Source: Octopus vulgaris (lineage: Eukaryota). From it: a stretch of 64,000 nt of DNA. This document shows positions 1 through 13,145 of this stretch, one piece after another. The notes under the pieces were generated by a model. It saw nothing but the letters and a program-made list of their open reading frames with translations. It did not search any database and had not been told where the DNA came from. Both the position numbers and the translations under genes were made by a program. The DNA lies in NCBI GenBank assembly GCA_951406725.2, contig OX597825.1, positions 36,208,001 to 36,272,000 on the forward strand. Reading direction: 5' to 3'. How positions within the stretch are numbered: position 1 is the first letter of the stretch; every line of letters starts with the position of its first letter.

Positions 1-2083
1 TGCAGGTGTGAGCGTGGACGCCAACTCCGCCGCCATCGACACACGAAAAATTATGCATTAAAATGGAATAAAAAATGATGTTAAATTATTTTTAAAATCG
101 TAGACTCATCGTAGACGCGCGCTAATATTCAGACGGGCTCGATATGAATCACGACTATAAGCTACCCGAATTTGGTTAAACTGCACCGCAAAATGTGGGA
201 GTAGTTAGGAATCTAAATCGAAGGGGACAGACACTCACACAACTACAGTTTTATATATATAGATATACATAGCGCAGTAGTGGTGAGATGTGACAGCAAA
301 GAAAAGCATACATTCACTCTCTGCATGCAATTAGACTCGGAAAGTTCGTGAGGAACCCATTGACCCAATTTGCTGACTTTTCCGATAGCACACAGGTCTC
401 AATGAATGGTTGAATGACCAAATCCAAGCTTCTCTGCTAGTTCCTCAACAGTTACGATGAGATTTTGTTCCACCAGGGTTTTCAGGATGTCCTTGTCGAG
501 TTCTACAGATCTTTCAGGATGAGGCTCGTCTTCTAGGCTGTAGTTTATGGCTCGGGATTTCTGGAACCACCATTGACACTGCGTTACGCTTATTGTCCAA
601 TCCCCATATACTGCATTAATATTTCTTGTACTTTGCACACATTTATATTCTGTTATTCTTTTATATGTTTCAGCCTTGAGGTTGTGGCCATGCTGGATCA
701 TGTGTGTGTGTGTGTGTGTGTCTATCTGTCTGTCTGTCTGTATGTATATATGTATATGTATGTGTGTGAACAATAATATTTTCAACAGATGTGTTGCAAA
801 TGTATCTGATTGTTCTCAAGCTTCAATACTGTGTGTGTGTATGTGTGTGTGTGTACGTATGTATGTATGTATATGTATGTATGTATGTATATGTATGTAT
901 GTATGTATGTATGTGTGTATGTATGTATGTGTGTGTGTATGTATGTGTGTGTGTATGTGTGTGTATGTATGTATGTATGTATGTATGTATGTATGTATGA
1001 GTGTATGTTTACTTTATTACTAACACAAGCCACTACGGTTATTTAATGTAAAGTCTTCCTCAAATCACTCTCTCTCTCTCTCTCTCTCGCTATTTACTCT
1101 CTTCCAAGAACATTTTCACTCACTCTTAGCTCTTAGCTTCCCATACATTTTACTCATGTATCTATCAGCGTCATAGACAGAATACTTTCAGTTTAGTCTT
1201 CCTCAAATCACTCTGTCGCTATTTACTTTAATTTTATTCGTTGCACACTGTGTGTGTGCGTTTGCGTGTGGTGTAAACCAGACTAAGAAAAGCATTTGAC
1301 ACACACACCAGAATGTGAGTTTTCTGTAAATTTTGCTTAATTGGAGTTTAAATTTTAAAAACTGGACCTGGCATGACGCGATGCATTGTACTCTTAAAAA
1401 TGCTAGGTAAATTGTAATTGAAGAAATCCTATATTGTAGATTTGTATAACTCCCAAAGGGAGGCAGATAAAATCTGCCTTTTATAATCTCTTATTATAAA
1501 AGGCAGATTTCATCTGCCTCCTTTTGGGAGTTATACAAATCTACAATATAGGATTTCTTCAATTACAATTTACCTAGCATTTTTAAAAGTACAAGGCATC
1601 GCGTCATGCCAGGTCCAGTTTTTAAAATTTAAACTCCAATTAAGCAAAATTTACAGAAAACTCACATTCTGGTGTGTGTGTGTCAAATGCTTTTCTTAGT
1701 CTGGTTTACACCACACGCAAACCACACACACAGTGGGCAACGAATAAAGTGAAACTAGATGTAATATTTGTTTCTCTCTATCACGCTGATAGATACATGA
1801 GTAAAATGTATGGGAAGCTAACACATAAGTGTGAGTGAAAATGTTCTTGGAAGAGAGTAAATAGCCAGAGATAGTGATTTGAAAAAGACTTTACATTAAA
1901 TAACCGTAGTGGCTTGTGTTAGTAATAAAGTAAACATACACTCATACATACATACATACATACATACATACATACATACATACATACATACACACACATA
2001 CACACACATACATACATACACACACACATACATACATACACACATACATACATACATACATACATATACATACATACATACAT

Positions 2084-2114
<31 letters not shown>

Positions 2115-3254
2115 TACACACACACACAGTATTGAAGCTTGAGAACAATCAGATACATTTGCAACACATCTGTTGAAAATATTATTGTTCACACACATAC
2201 ATATACATATATACATACAGACAGACAGACAGATAGACACACACACACACACACATGATCCAGCATGGCCACAACCTCAAGGCTGAAACATATAAAAGAA
2301 TAACAGAATATAAATGTGTGCATGTGTGTGAGAGAGAGTGTGTGTGTATATGTATGTACGTATGTATGTATATATATATATAATAATGCGGTTTTTTCAA
2401 CAGCTTGAACTAAAAGTCAGAGGGGAATGGGATAAACTACTTATACTAAATTGCTATAAAAGCAGGTAGTAATTTTATCTTGTCCTTATTCATAGTGCAA
2501 GTTTTGAAGAGTGCATTTCGATTTTAACAGCTATTTTTTTCAAAGCTATATTGGAAGTAACAAAGTAGCATATTTGGCATATTTTGCTTTATGAGTTCAA
2601 TAAAGACAACAACGCAACGGAAAGTACAAGAAATATTAATGCAGTATATGGGGATTGGACAATAAGCGTAAGGCAGTGTCAATGGTGGTTCCAGAAATTC
2701 CGAGCCATAAACTACAGCCTAGAAGACGAGTCTCATCCTGAAAGATCTGTAGAACTCGACAAGGACATCCTGAAAACCCTGGTGGAACAAAATCTCATCG
2801 TAACTGTTGAGGAACTAGCAGAGAAGCTTGGATTTGGTCATTCAACCATTCATTGAGACCTGTGTGCTATCGGAAAAGTCAGCAAATTGGGTCAATGGGT
2901 TCCTCACGAACTTTCCGAGTCTAATTGCATGCAGAGACTGGATGTATGCTTTTCTTTGCTGTCACATCTCACCACTACTGCGCTATGTATGTCTATATAT
3001 ATAAAACTGTAGTTGTGTGAGTGTCTGTCCCCTTCGATTTAGATTCCTAACTACTCCCACATTTTGCGGTGCAGTTTAACCAAATTCGGGTAGCTTATAG
3101 TCGTGATTCATATCGAGCCCGTCTGAGTATTAGCGCGCGTCTACGATGAGTCTACGATTTTAAAAATAATTTAACATCATTTTTTATTCCATTTTAATGC
3201 ATAATTTTTCGTGTGTCGATGGCGGCGGAGTTGGCGTCTACGCTCACACCTGCA
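1..3254. repeat. Giant imperfect palindrome (inverted duplication), centre ~1490
   Basis: 1-1487 is the reverse complement of 1493-3254 with a 5-nt spacer (CTCTT). The arms differ by substitutions, microsatellite length and a ~300-bp block (~2323-2620) missing from the left arm. It probably extends beyond the window start. Confidence 0.95.
2380..2968 (+). pseudogene. Mariner transposase 5' remnant (HTH region); mirror copy at ~290-633 on the minus strand
   Basis: LLYEFNKDNNATESTRNINAVYG...LAEKLGFGHSTIH*DLCAIGKVSKLGQWVPHEL contains the WVPHEL motif, has an internal stop and is truncated before the DDD domain. Confidence 0.9.
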
Positions 3255-3627
3255 CCTGTGGGGAAGGGAGTGTAAGGAAATCAACGTCGTAATGCGTTGT
3301 CAAGGAGACCAGCGTTCTTTTAGAACAACGACTTCATGGCTTGAAGACACCAAAACAGAAATGGCTAAGAAAGCGTCTACATGAGTCTACGATTTAAAAA
3401 AAAATTTACCATCGTTTTTTTCCATTTTAATGCATTTTTTCGCTATTATATAAGGGAAGTAACTCTCTAAAAATGTCTACGATGAGTCAACGATTTAAAA
3501 AAAAATTTACCATCATATTTTTTCCATTTTTAATGCATTTTTTGCTATTTTTTGGCTATAACTCTCTAAAAATGCTTATATAGTTATTTCCCTTACAAAC
3601 CCGAGCAACGCCGGGCGATACTGCTAG
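2992..3627 (+). mobile_element. Non-autonomous Helitron
   Basis: 5' TCTATATATATAAAACTG. The 3' end has the hairpin CCCGAGC-AAC-GCCGGG followed ~10 nt later by CTAG(T). A homologous copy lies at 39798-40308 and a partial mirror copy at 1-262. Confidence 0.85.
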
Positions 3628-3952
3628 TAAGAGATATATGTGTGAATGTGTCATTATAGCTGTGTTTATACCCCACTACCGCTTGAAAACCGGTTCTGAT
3701 GTGGTTACATCCCCGTAAATTAGCGGTTCGGCAAAAAAAAAAAACGATAGAAAAGTACCAGAATTTAAGAAAATATAAGTACCGAGGTAAAAAAATTGTA
3801 AAAAAAATTATTTTTAAGGTGGTGCCCCAGGATGGCCGTAGTCTAATGATTGAAGCAAGTAGAAGATAAGATATGTATATACATTTGTGTTTGTGTATAC
3901 ACATCTCTTTCCCTCCATCTATCTCGCCACAAATACACACGCACGCATGGAC

Positions 3953-4756
<804 letters not shown>

Positions 4757-5430
4757 ATTAATTTATATCCATTCAAATGCGTGCTTGTATACATAAAATG
4801 CTTCTGTTCTTTAACTGTCAAAAAGCAGGTGATCTGTATTCAGGAATTCGGACCATTCTTTGGAGATTCTTTAACAATAACTGAATTGCTGCACGTGCAT
4901 CGTGAATTCTTATCTTGAAAATATTGGAAAAAATACATCTGCATTTGTTGCGTATTGAGTTTCTTTATTGAACTGTGCGCCTGTTGATTTTTTTCGATCG
5001 ACAGTCTCCTCAAAGAAACTGATGCGCGGACGCACACGCACTCACGCACGCACACATACACACACACACAGCCATCCAACCGTCCATCCAACTATACACA
5101 CTACATACATGATGGTTACCATTCAGTTTCGAGCAACATAATCGTTTGGTTGTTGTCTTTAGCATAAGCAACACGAATTTGGATTTTCAGTTCTGCTAGG
5201 GACTTTACACTCTTTTGTACAGATGCAGCAACGATGGGCGCCTCTTGCAGTAGGTGTTAGAATATTGTTTTGGTGAACGTTCAAATGATGTTTTAGTTTT
5301 CCTCCTGACGCACATTTTTTTCAGTACTACCTGCCTGAGGATGTGTTGTGCAGAGGTAACGCCACTGTAACACAGAAAATGTTGCATGTGAGGCATAGAG
5401 CTCCAGTGGGCAGCTAAGCGTGCTAAAGTG

Positions 5431-8202
5431 TGTAGTGATCCGACAACGGCGCGCGCTCGCGCACCGCCCATTTGTATTTCGCGCGTGTTGGTGCCTTTAC
5501 CAAGGCACAGAAAGGAAGGCCCTCTCGCGCATGCGCGAACCACCGGTAGCACGACCCTATTGCCTACGTAGCAGTTAGCGAGGCAAGGGGGTCGTAGAAC
5601 GTTTGACCGCTGGCGTCCAGCAAGCGGTGACTTGGGACTTAGCGATTGACGGCGACGGTCACGCATATATTCTCTCCGTCAGGATTAGATTCTAGCAGTC
5701 CTTTGGCCGAAGACTTTTAACCAAAATTGTTGCAGACCAACATCGTCTCCATTGTTCGACGCCATCTTGAATCCTTTCTGTTTTTGGGCTGGAGATTGTA
5801 AATATTACAATCTATTAACTTTCAGCCTTGCGCGCCCGAATCAAGGACATCAGATAACACACTTATTGTTATGGTTTACCAAGAAAGAGAATAAAGTAGT
5901 TATATGTATATTTCACGTCTGCGTCTTGTTGTTTCCGACTTGTAGAATTCTGGATTATTAAAGCAACGGCTAGTGAGTGATTGCTTTATGCACCCCAAAA
6001 GTGCACGAAGATATTCACACCTCTTTCACTAAGTTTCGTTACAAGTGGTGACCTCCCGACGTGATTCTGGTCTAAAACCAGAGATCACTTATCAACAAAA
6101 AAAAAATCCAGTTTTTCTGCGAAGGTCGGAACACGATTTAACTCTACGCATTCATCTTTCGACGATTTGTTTCCGGCCACCACAAACAGTTGTAGAAGGA
6201 GCCTCTTTCTTATTCTACAGCCATGATGACGAACGCCATCATATATTCGATGCCTTTTCTCCACCTTCGTCATCATCATCGTCGTCTGTCTACTTCACGT
6301 CGTCGCTATCTTCGTCGCCATCATCACTAAGAACGATGTTGTCCCAAGTCCACTACAGTCGCCTTCCACCACCAACGTCGCCTTTCAACACCGTCGACCT
6401 CCACCAAGATGTACATAGCAACTCGTGGAAGTTTGGACCACTTGCCGTTTGTGCGTTAGCACACCAAGAATTCACAGCCCAGCACTATCTACGAGATTTC
6501 TTCTGTTCCAGTTAACCTGTCACAGCATCGAAGCCACAACCGTTACACGATGTGTTCAACCGGCATCTGCATTTTGTGATTTCAACATTTCTGTTACAGA
6601 ACGAACTGCTATTGTACATCAGGCTATTACAGACTGGTAAATTAATTCTTGTCTGGAATAGCCCGAGAGACATTTTTTTCTATGCGCTGTATTTTTTGTA
6701 TTTTGCTCGCATTCACCTTGTATGTATTTCTGTCGCACACACGTATACACACATAAATGCTCTCTCTCACATACATACGTCACACGTGCTTTTCTCGCTT
6801 GTTTTGTTCCATGCTAAATTTGCCCTTTTGTGGACACCCCTCATTTCTATAGACCCTAGGTTGGTCACGTATACATAGAGAGGGTTGTTTGTTCATTATA
6901 ACGCGCCAGCATGTCATACCTTTGTTCCTGTACGAACGAGGCATATAATCGCTTAACCACTGGCATATTCATTGCTGTTTTTTCGGTCTAGCAAGCCCTT
7001 ATTGCATTTCATGCGCCTTGCTTCTCACGTGTATTGCCTTGTTTTTGCAACACGTTTTGCGTTTAGCTTAGTTCTTTTCCCGACTCATAGACGTCGGATG
7101 TTCAAATGCGCTGCGCCGATTTATAGGCGTAATTATTTTTCCCTGTTAGACCACTGTTGGTCACGTAAATTAACAGAAAATTATCTGTGTCGCGCATCAC
7201 ACCAGCATGTTTGCACTTTTGCCTTTTGTGTTACTAGCGAGCTTCTGTCAATTCCATTTCCTCTCCTGCAGCAATTGATTTAACTGCTATTTGCAGGATC
7301 AACCACCTTTAGAGAAGTTGGATTTTAATTTCGCCTAGGTTCAATAACTGTGAGTTCTGCCTTTTCTTCCGCTCCCTTCAGCGGAAGGTTCTATACTTTG
7401 TGACGTATACACTTTCATGCATGCACTCTTGATTTTTGCTCATTGAGTATTTTTTCTCTTAGTAAATTTCTTGTGTATGTTATAAATTTTGCCATTATAT
7501 TATTGTGTGCTATTTGGTTATCTGGTGTCCACCTTGAATTTTGCAGTCACTACAATAAGTTTCCTTTCGTGCGTACGCACTGGAGGGGAGCCTGTAGTGA
7601 TCCGACAACGGCGCGCGCTCGCGCACCGCCCATTTGTATTTCGCGCGTGTTGGTGCCTTTACCAAGGCACAGAAAGGAAGGCCCTCTCGCGCATGCGCGA
7701 ACCACCGGTAGCACGACCCTATTGCCTACGTAGCAGTTAGCGAGGCAAGGGGGTCGTAGAACGTTTGACCGCTAGCGTCCAGCAAGCGGTGACTTGGGAC
7801 TTAGCGATTGACGGCGACGGTCACGCATATATTCTCTCCGTCAGGATTAGATTCTAGCAGTCCTTTGGCCGAAGACTTTTAACCAAAATTGTTGCAGACC
7901 AACATCGTCTCCATTGTTCGACGCCATCTTGAATCCTTTCTGTTTTTGGGCTGGAGATTGTAAATATTACAATCTATTAACTTTCAGCCTTGCGCGCCCG
8001 AATCAAGGACATCAGATAACACACTTATTGTTATGGTTTACCAAGAAAGAGAATAAAGTAGTTATATGTATATTTCACGTCTGCGTCTTGTTGTTTCCGA
8101 CTTGTAGAATTCTGGATTATTAAAGCAACGGCTAGTGAGTGATTGCTTTGTGCACCCCAAAAGTGCACGAAGATATTCACACATCACACGAAGTTCGTTA
8201 CA
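5431..8202 (+). mobile_element. Non-autonomous LTR retrotransposon, Gypsy-like (tRNA-Trp primed)
   Basis: LTRs at 5431-6043 and 7593-8202 (TGTA...TACA). PBS TGGTGACCtCCCGACGTGAT at 6046-6065 is complementary to the tRNA-Trp 3' end. PPT GGAGGGGAG at 7582-7590. 4-bp TSD AGTG (5427-5430/8203-8206). The 1.55-kb interior has no recognisable gag/pol ORF. Confidence 0.93.
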
Positions 8203-8689
8203 AGTGTGTGTGAGCGACATGAAATCCTTCCAGGACCAGATTAATATCTTCTTCAATATCTAGGAGAGACGAAATGTCACAACCCTGTTAGGTACGTATG
8301 ATAGTTAAAGGAAAACGTCACGAAGTACAACATCAAAGGGAAAGTCTTAGAGACGTGCAAGTTGAAGTGAAATCCACTCCCAAGATATTGGTCAATCCGG
8401 GTCTATAATAGAAAACACAGGCCCGAGCTTGAACCCGGAACCATGTGGTTGGAAAGAAAACTTCGTACCACACCTTCGCTTGTCTGTTTCTTCAACTCCT
8501 TGTATGAGAGTGCCCAGGTAGGGTTAATTTTTCCCCTCCATGAAAAAGTTAACTTCGGTCTGACGTTATTTAAACCGTTACCTCAAACCCCTTGGATATG
8601 TTGTCACATGCCATGTTCTCAGAATCGATATTTGTAATAAAAATGTGACAGAGACTTTGCAACTAAATTCAGAATAAATTAATATTTGG

Positions 8690-9040
8690 CGCAGGCGTAG
8701 CTGTGTTGCTGTAAATTTTCATGGTGCCTCAGTGTCTTCTGCTTTAGTTCCCGGCCGACCAAAGCCCTGTGAGAGGGTTTGCTTCACGAAAATTGAAAGA
8801 AGCCCGTTGTATATATATACGTGTGTATTTACATGTGTTTGTGTGCTTGTGTATGTGTGACCTCCGCTAACAACCGTTGTTGGTTTATTTACGTTCCCGT
8901 AACTTAGAAGTTCGGCAAAGAAACTGATAAAGTACCAGATATTAAAAAAAAGTAAATACTCATTCGACTGCAACCCTTCAAAGCGGTACTACCCATGGCC
9001 ACATTCGCTTGAGTGTCTGACACAAATAAAAGATAAAAGA
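8690..9040 (+). mobile_element. SINE-like repeat (family with GGCGCAGGCGTGGCTGTGTGG head and ...AAATAAAAGA tail)
   Basis: Homologous to copies at 15785-16150, 33925-34340(-), 35050-35208 and 61455-61866(-). Confidence 0.7.
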
Positions 9041-9559
9041 TGTGTGATTTTAGTTAATTTAAAGTACATATTCTGAGTTCAAATCCTGCTGGTGTTCACT
9101 TTGCATTTGATCCTTCTGGGAATACACATAGTTTATATATATAAATTAAGTATTGGGATCCGATCTAACCATTGATTACATGGAATCTTATCCTTCAAAT
9201 GTGTGCGGAGCGAGGATGAGGCAAAAAAGGGAAAAAATCAAATTTTAAAACTAAAGTGACGAATGCTCTCGAAGAAAAAACAGAAAACCTCTGTTAAGTT
9301 ACCAGTGAGCTGGGACTGCGATCTAATTTCAATTCTCGGCTGAAAATCTTTCATTGATCTTAATTTACACAGATAATAACGTAGAGATAGGAATGAACAT
9401 CTCCAAATCAACTTTTCTTTTTTCTATTCTGAATTCAGAAGAAAGCAATATGTCCAAAAATTCAACGCTGGCTTTTAAAAAACTCGACGCAAAATATTCT
9501 CGTTTTAAACAAATATTCCCTGGTGTCTACTGCAGCTGTCGTCTATTGCAGCTATTGGA

Positions 9560-10340
9560 TGAAATAAAAATATAAGAAAAATATTAGCCACTACTTCTAA
9601 TTCCAAGTAAACTACTATTGGAGTTTCTGAACGCTGTACCTTGAAAAACAGCCGCAAGAGAAGCAAGCCCTATTTATTGTGCAGCAACATGAGTCAAGTC
9701 GATTCCATCTGGAATCATAACAGAAATGTTATGATTTATACGGACGGTAGGACGTGTAAAAATTCCCATTTGGTGTATGTTGAAGAATGTACCAAACACA
9801 ACTTTTGATTTATGTTGGTTGTACAACAGAACAATTTAACAAAAGATTCAGGCACAATAGTAGTAGTTCGATAGAACTTGTCGAACATTTTACATCAAGC
9901 ACCTGCAATTTTGAGAAACACCTGAAAGAGCACATTCTCAGAAAATATTCTGCATCTACTACATTTTCACTCCTCATGATGCATGAAGACAAATACATTT
10001 ATGAATTACTAACGTCATGCCCAGGAGGAATGAATAAAATGACTGGTGAATTTCTCGATATTTACACAAAACTGTGCGATTTTATCAGTTACAAAATTGA
10101 AAACTGATGATGTCATTCTGTCAAAATTTGAAAGCAAGATTTCCTCGTTTATATTTTGAATTTCTGCGTTTCTGCTGTTGCTCCAAATTTTTACATTTTG
10201 AACTTGAAGAAGACAGACGATCTGTTGAAATATCGTTCAAACCGTTAAATAAACAATCCATTAAAAATCGCATCACGCTCTTCTTATTGTCTGTTCACCT
10301 TCGTGAAGAGTTACGTCAACCGTTATAAAATATTTTAATC
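9560..10340 (+). mobile_element. Penelope-like element 3' remnant: GIY-YIG endonuclease plus pLTR
   Basis: TCKNSHLVYVEECTKH / IYVGCTTEQFNKRFRH...VEHF...EDKYIYELLT..PGGMN (frameshifted) is the PLE GIY-YIG pattern. A hammerhead-like motif follows at 10200-10238. Confidence 0.8.
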
Positions 10341-10344
10341 TTTA

Positions 10345-11240
10345 TTATAATTGTTATTATCATTATTATCTCCTTTCAATTTTGTTCCCATTTATTACTG
10401 AATATCTTCCCAACACCTAGGGCAAAGAAACTCACTGTATACTTTAGTAGGCCATTAAGATAAACATACCAGATTGTTCATTTACAAAGTCATGTGATAG
10501 AAAAAAGAGGGAAGAAAGAACGAAGAAAGAGGGGGAAAATGGAAAAAGAAAACAAAGAAAATAAAGAGGAAAAGGAAATAAAATTCACAGTAACAACGCT
10601 CTTCTCAATACGTGTGATATACCAGTTAAGACAATTTTTTGTACTTCTTGCATGGATCATCCTCCAATAATTTTCAATTCCCTTTTTCATATTCCAAGTG
10701 CTCCTACAATCACTGGTATTGTAACCATCTTGAGATGCTATATTTTTTTCGATTTCAATCAGCAAATCTTTATATTTTCAGAGCTTATCAAATTCTTTTG
10801 CCAAGACATTATGATCACAAGGTATGCTCATATCAATCAATAAACAGATTTTATTGTTTTGGTCTTTCACAACAATATCTGGTTTCTTAGCTTTGATGGT
10901 CCGGTCTGTATGTACTGGAAAGTCCAAAACAATCATTACATTTTCTCCTTCAGTTACAACCTTAAGATGGAGCTTGTACCATTTGTCAGCAGTTTTGACT
11001 TTATGATGCCGACATATTACCCAGTGTAGATATTGGCCAACTCTCTCATGTCTAGATTTATACTCAACTGCTGCTAAAACCTTACAACCAGAGAGTAGGT
11101 AATAATTTATGCCCTGCGAACATTCTTTTGTTTACATGACAGCACGTTTGTAATCACGCAATCCAATTTTGCTCCACTTCTTTTCTTTAATGCCGTGTTC
11201 ATTCACCGAAAACAAGTAATCCACGAGCATGCATTTATTT
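10345..11240 (-). mobile_element. R4/Dong-like non-LTR retrotransposon 3' remnant (restriction-like endonuclease)
   Basis: Minus-strand translation LLSGCKVLAAVEYKSRHERVGQYLHWVIC...DFPVHTDRTIKAKKPDIVVKD...LIDMSIPCDHNVLAKEFDKL*KYKDL...IPVIVGALG shows the RH, PD..D and K..KY motifs of RLE domains. It ends in a degenerate (TAA)n tract. Confidence 0.85.
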
Positions 11241-11248
11241 ATAATGTC

Positions 11249-11849
11249 TGTAGCGAACTCTAGTGAGCTTCCTCTCTTATACTAAGTACATACGAAAGTA
11301 GCAGGTAACAGCTAGACTTTGGAAGCTGTTTGGACCCTGTTGTGTCTACCACTCCGATTGGTTGATACTGGCGCAATTTGTCTCTCACTCTATCGCACGC
11401 CAATATGCAACCCAACCAATCGCAAACTGCAAATAAGTCATGTGAGACAGTGTGTTCCAAACAAGCATTTGAGCTTACTCGTGAGCTGTAAAAGCTCACC
11501 TCTTCCTAGGCTCGACGACAGTTGGTTCTAAACTTTCTAAGGTCTAACTGCTGATCACCTCGCAGCAACCTCCATCTTCGTCGTCGCACCAGATGTCTCT
11601 CACCAACGTCGTCAACGTCTACACAGCACCAACACACTGCTCTGATTCCTATATCGCTGTTCGTGAGCTTCTCTCCAGGATAAACAGCTTACATACAACC
11701 CACGCAGGTGCCTGTAGATATATATAAAGGTCCATCGACCATTCTATTCATCATTCCATTGTGTATATGCGTGTGACCTCAATAAACGTGTTAAAGTTAC
11801 CACCTTGTATTTATACATTCTTTACCGGCTTCCTACCACCACACTACCA
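11249..11849 (+). mobile_element. Possible solo LTR
   Basis: TGTAGCG start, ...CACTACCA end, AATAAA at 11781 and an abrupt GC/CpG rise. No clear TSD was found. Confidence 0.4.
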
Positions 11850-12427
11850 TAACAGCCTTCTGAGAGTCATATTAGATGACACCATAACATATATAACTTC
11901 TAAATGTCTCTTCTTCACGACTCAACGCATGTCGGACGTCTTTTCGATTTATGGCACATTAACCATGCTCTCTGCGCCCTTGTTGAGACACCCTACAATT
12001 TAGTTCTATACGATCCCACGTTAGTCACAGTGTACAAAGAGAAGGTTTACCGGTAAATTTTAATGAGTACATCGGTACACGTTTTACTAAAGAAAAAAAA
12101 AACCATCGGGGTTTTTGCGTGGAATCAAGAAACCTGATCTCTTAATGTGTCGCAAACCCATTATTTTTGTTCGGAAGAAGAATTGGGAGTGTGAGATGGA
12201 CTCCAACCCATCCCGGAATCATTGGGATATTTTTTACGTTGAAGGAATTATGGTGACCTAATATGTCACAAAATACGTTTTTGTCCGGAAAACGGGGGGT
12301 GGGAAGGAACTCTCGGAAATTTCACTCCCCGCCGCCCCAACATTTTACAGAAATACGTTTTCGTGAGTGTGTATTACATGGTTCGTTATTAAATATTTAC
12401 TAGTTGGCACTATATGAATTACTGTTA

Positions 12428-12498
<71 letters not shown>

Positions 12499-12627
12499 GT
12501 AACTTCGGTATAAGTACTGGATACATTTCAAGAAAGTGTTTTTTTTATATATGGGGGTTAGGGTTAGGGTGGGAGAAAGGGTTTCATTTCAGAAATGTAA
12601 ACAAAGTGTGTACTTATACCGAAGGAT

Positions 12628-12684
<57 letters not shown>

Positions 12685-12745
12685 TAATATATATATATAC
12701 ATATATAATATATATATATACATATATAATATATATATATGTATA

Positions 12746-12885
<140 letters not shown>

Positions 12886-12898
12886 TGTGTGTGTGTGT

Positions 12899-13145
12899 GC
12901 GGAGGTGCAATGACCCAGTGGTTAGGGTAGCGGACTTGCGGTTGTAGGATCGCGGTTTTGATTCCCAGAACGGGCATTGTGAGTGTTTATTGAACGAAAA
13001 CGCCTATAGCTCCACGAGGCTCCGGCAGGGGATGGTGGCGATCTCTGCTCTACTCTTTCCCCGCAACTTTCTCTCACTCTTTCTTCTGTTGGCCTGCTCG
13101 CTTAGCCAGCGGGGTGGCGTCATTTGAAGGCTAAAACAATGCAAA
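12899..13145 (+). mobile_element. tRNA-derived SINE
   Basis: A-box-like TGACCCAGTGG and B-box-like GGTTTTGATTCCC. Homologous copies at 40702-41000(-) and 51100-51382(-), and a fragment at 42525-42636. Confidence 0.8.

Noticed and set aside
6045-7283. ORFs inside the LTR element as gag/pol
   Set aside because: No zinc knuckle, protease, RT or DDE motifs were recognised. They are Ser-rich, low-complexity chance ORFs.
12899-12975. tRNA gene
   Set aside because: It has A/B-box-like motifs but continues into a SINE body with several copies in the window, and I could not fold a full cloverleaf.
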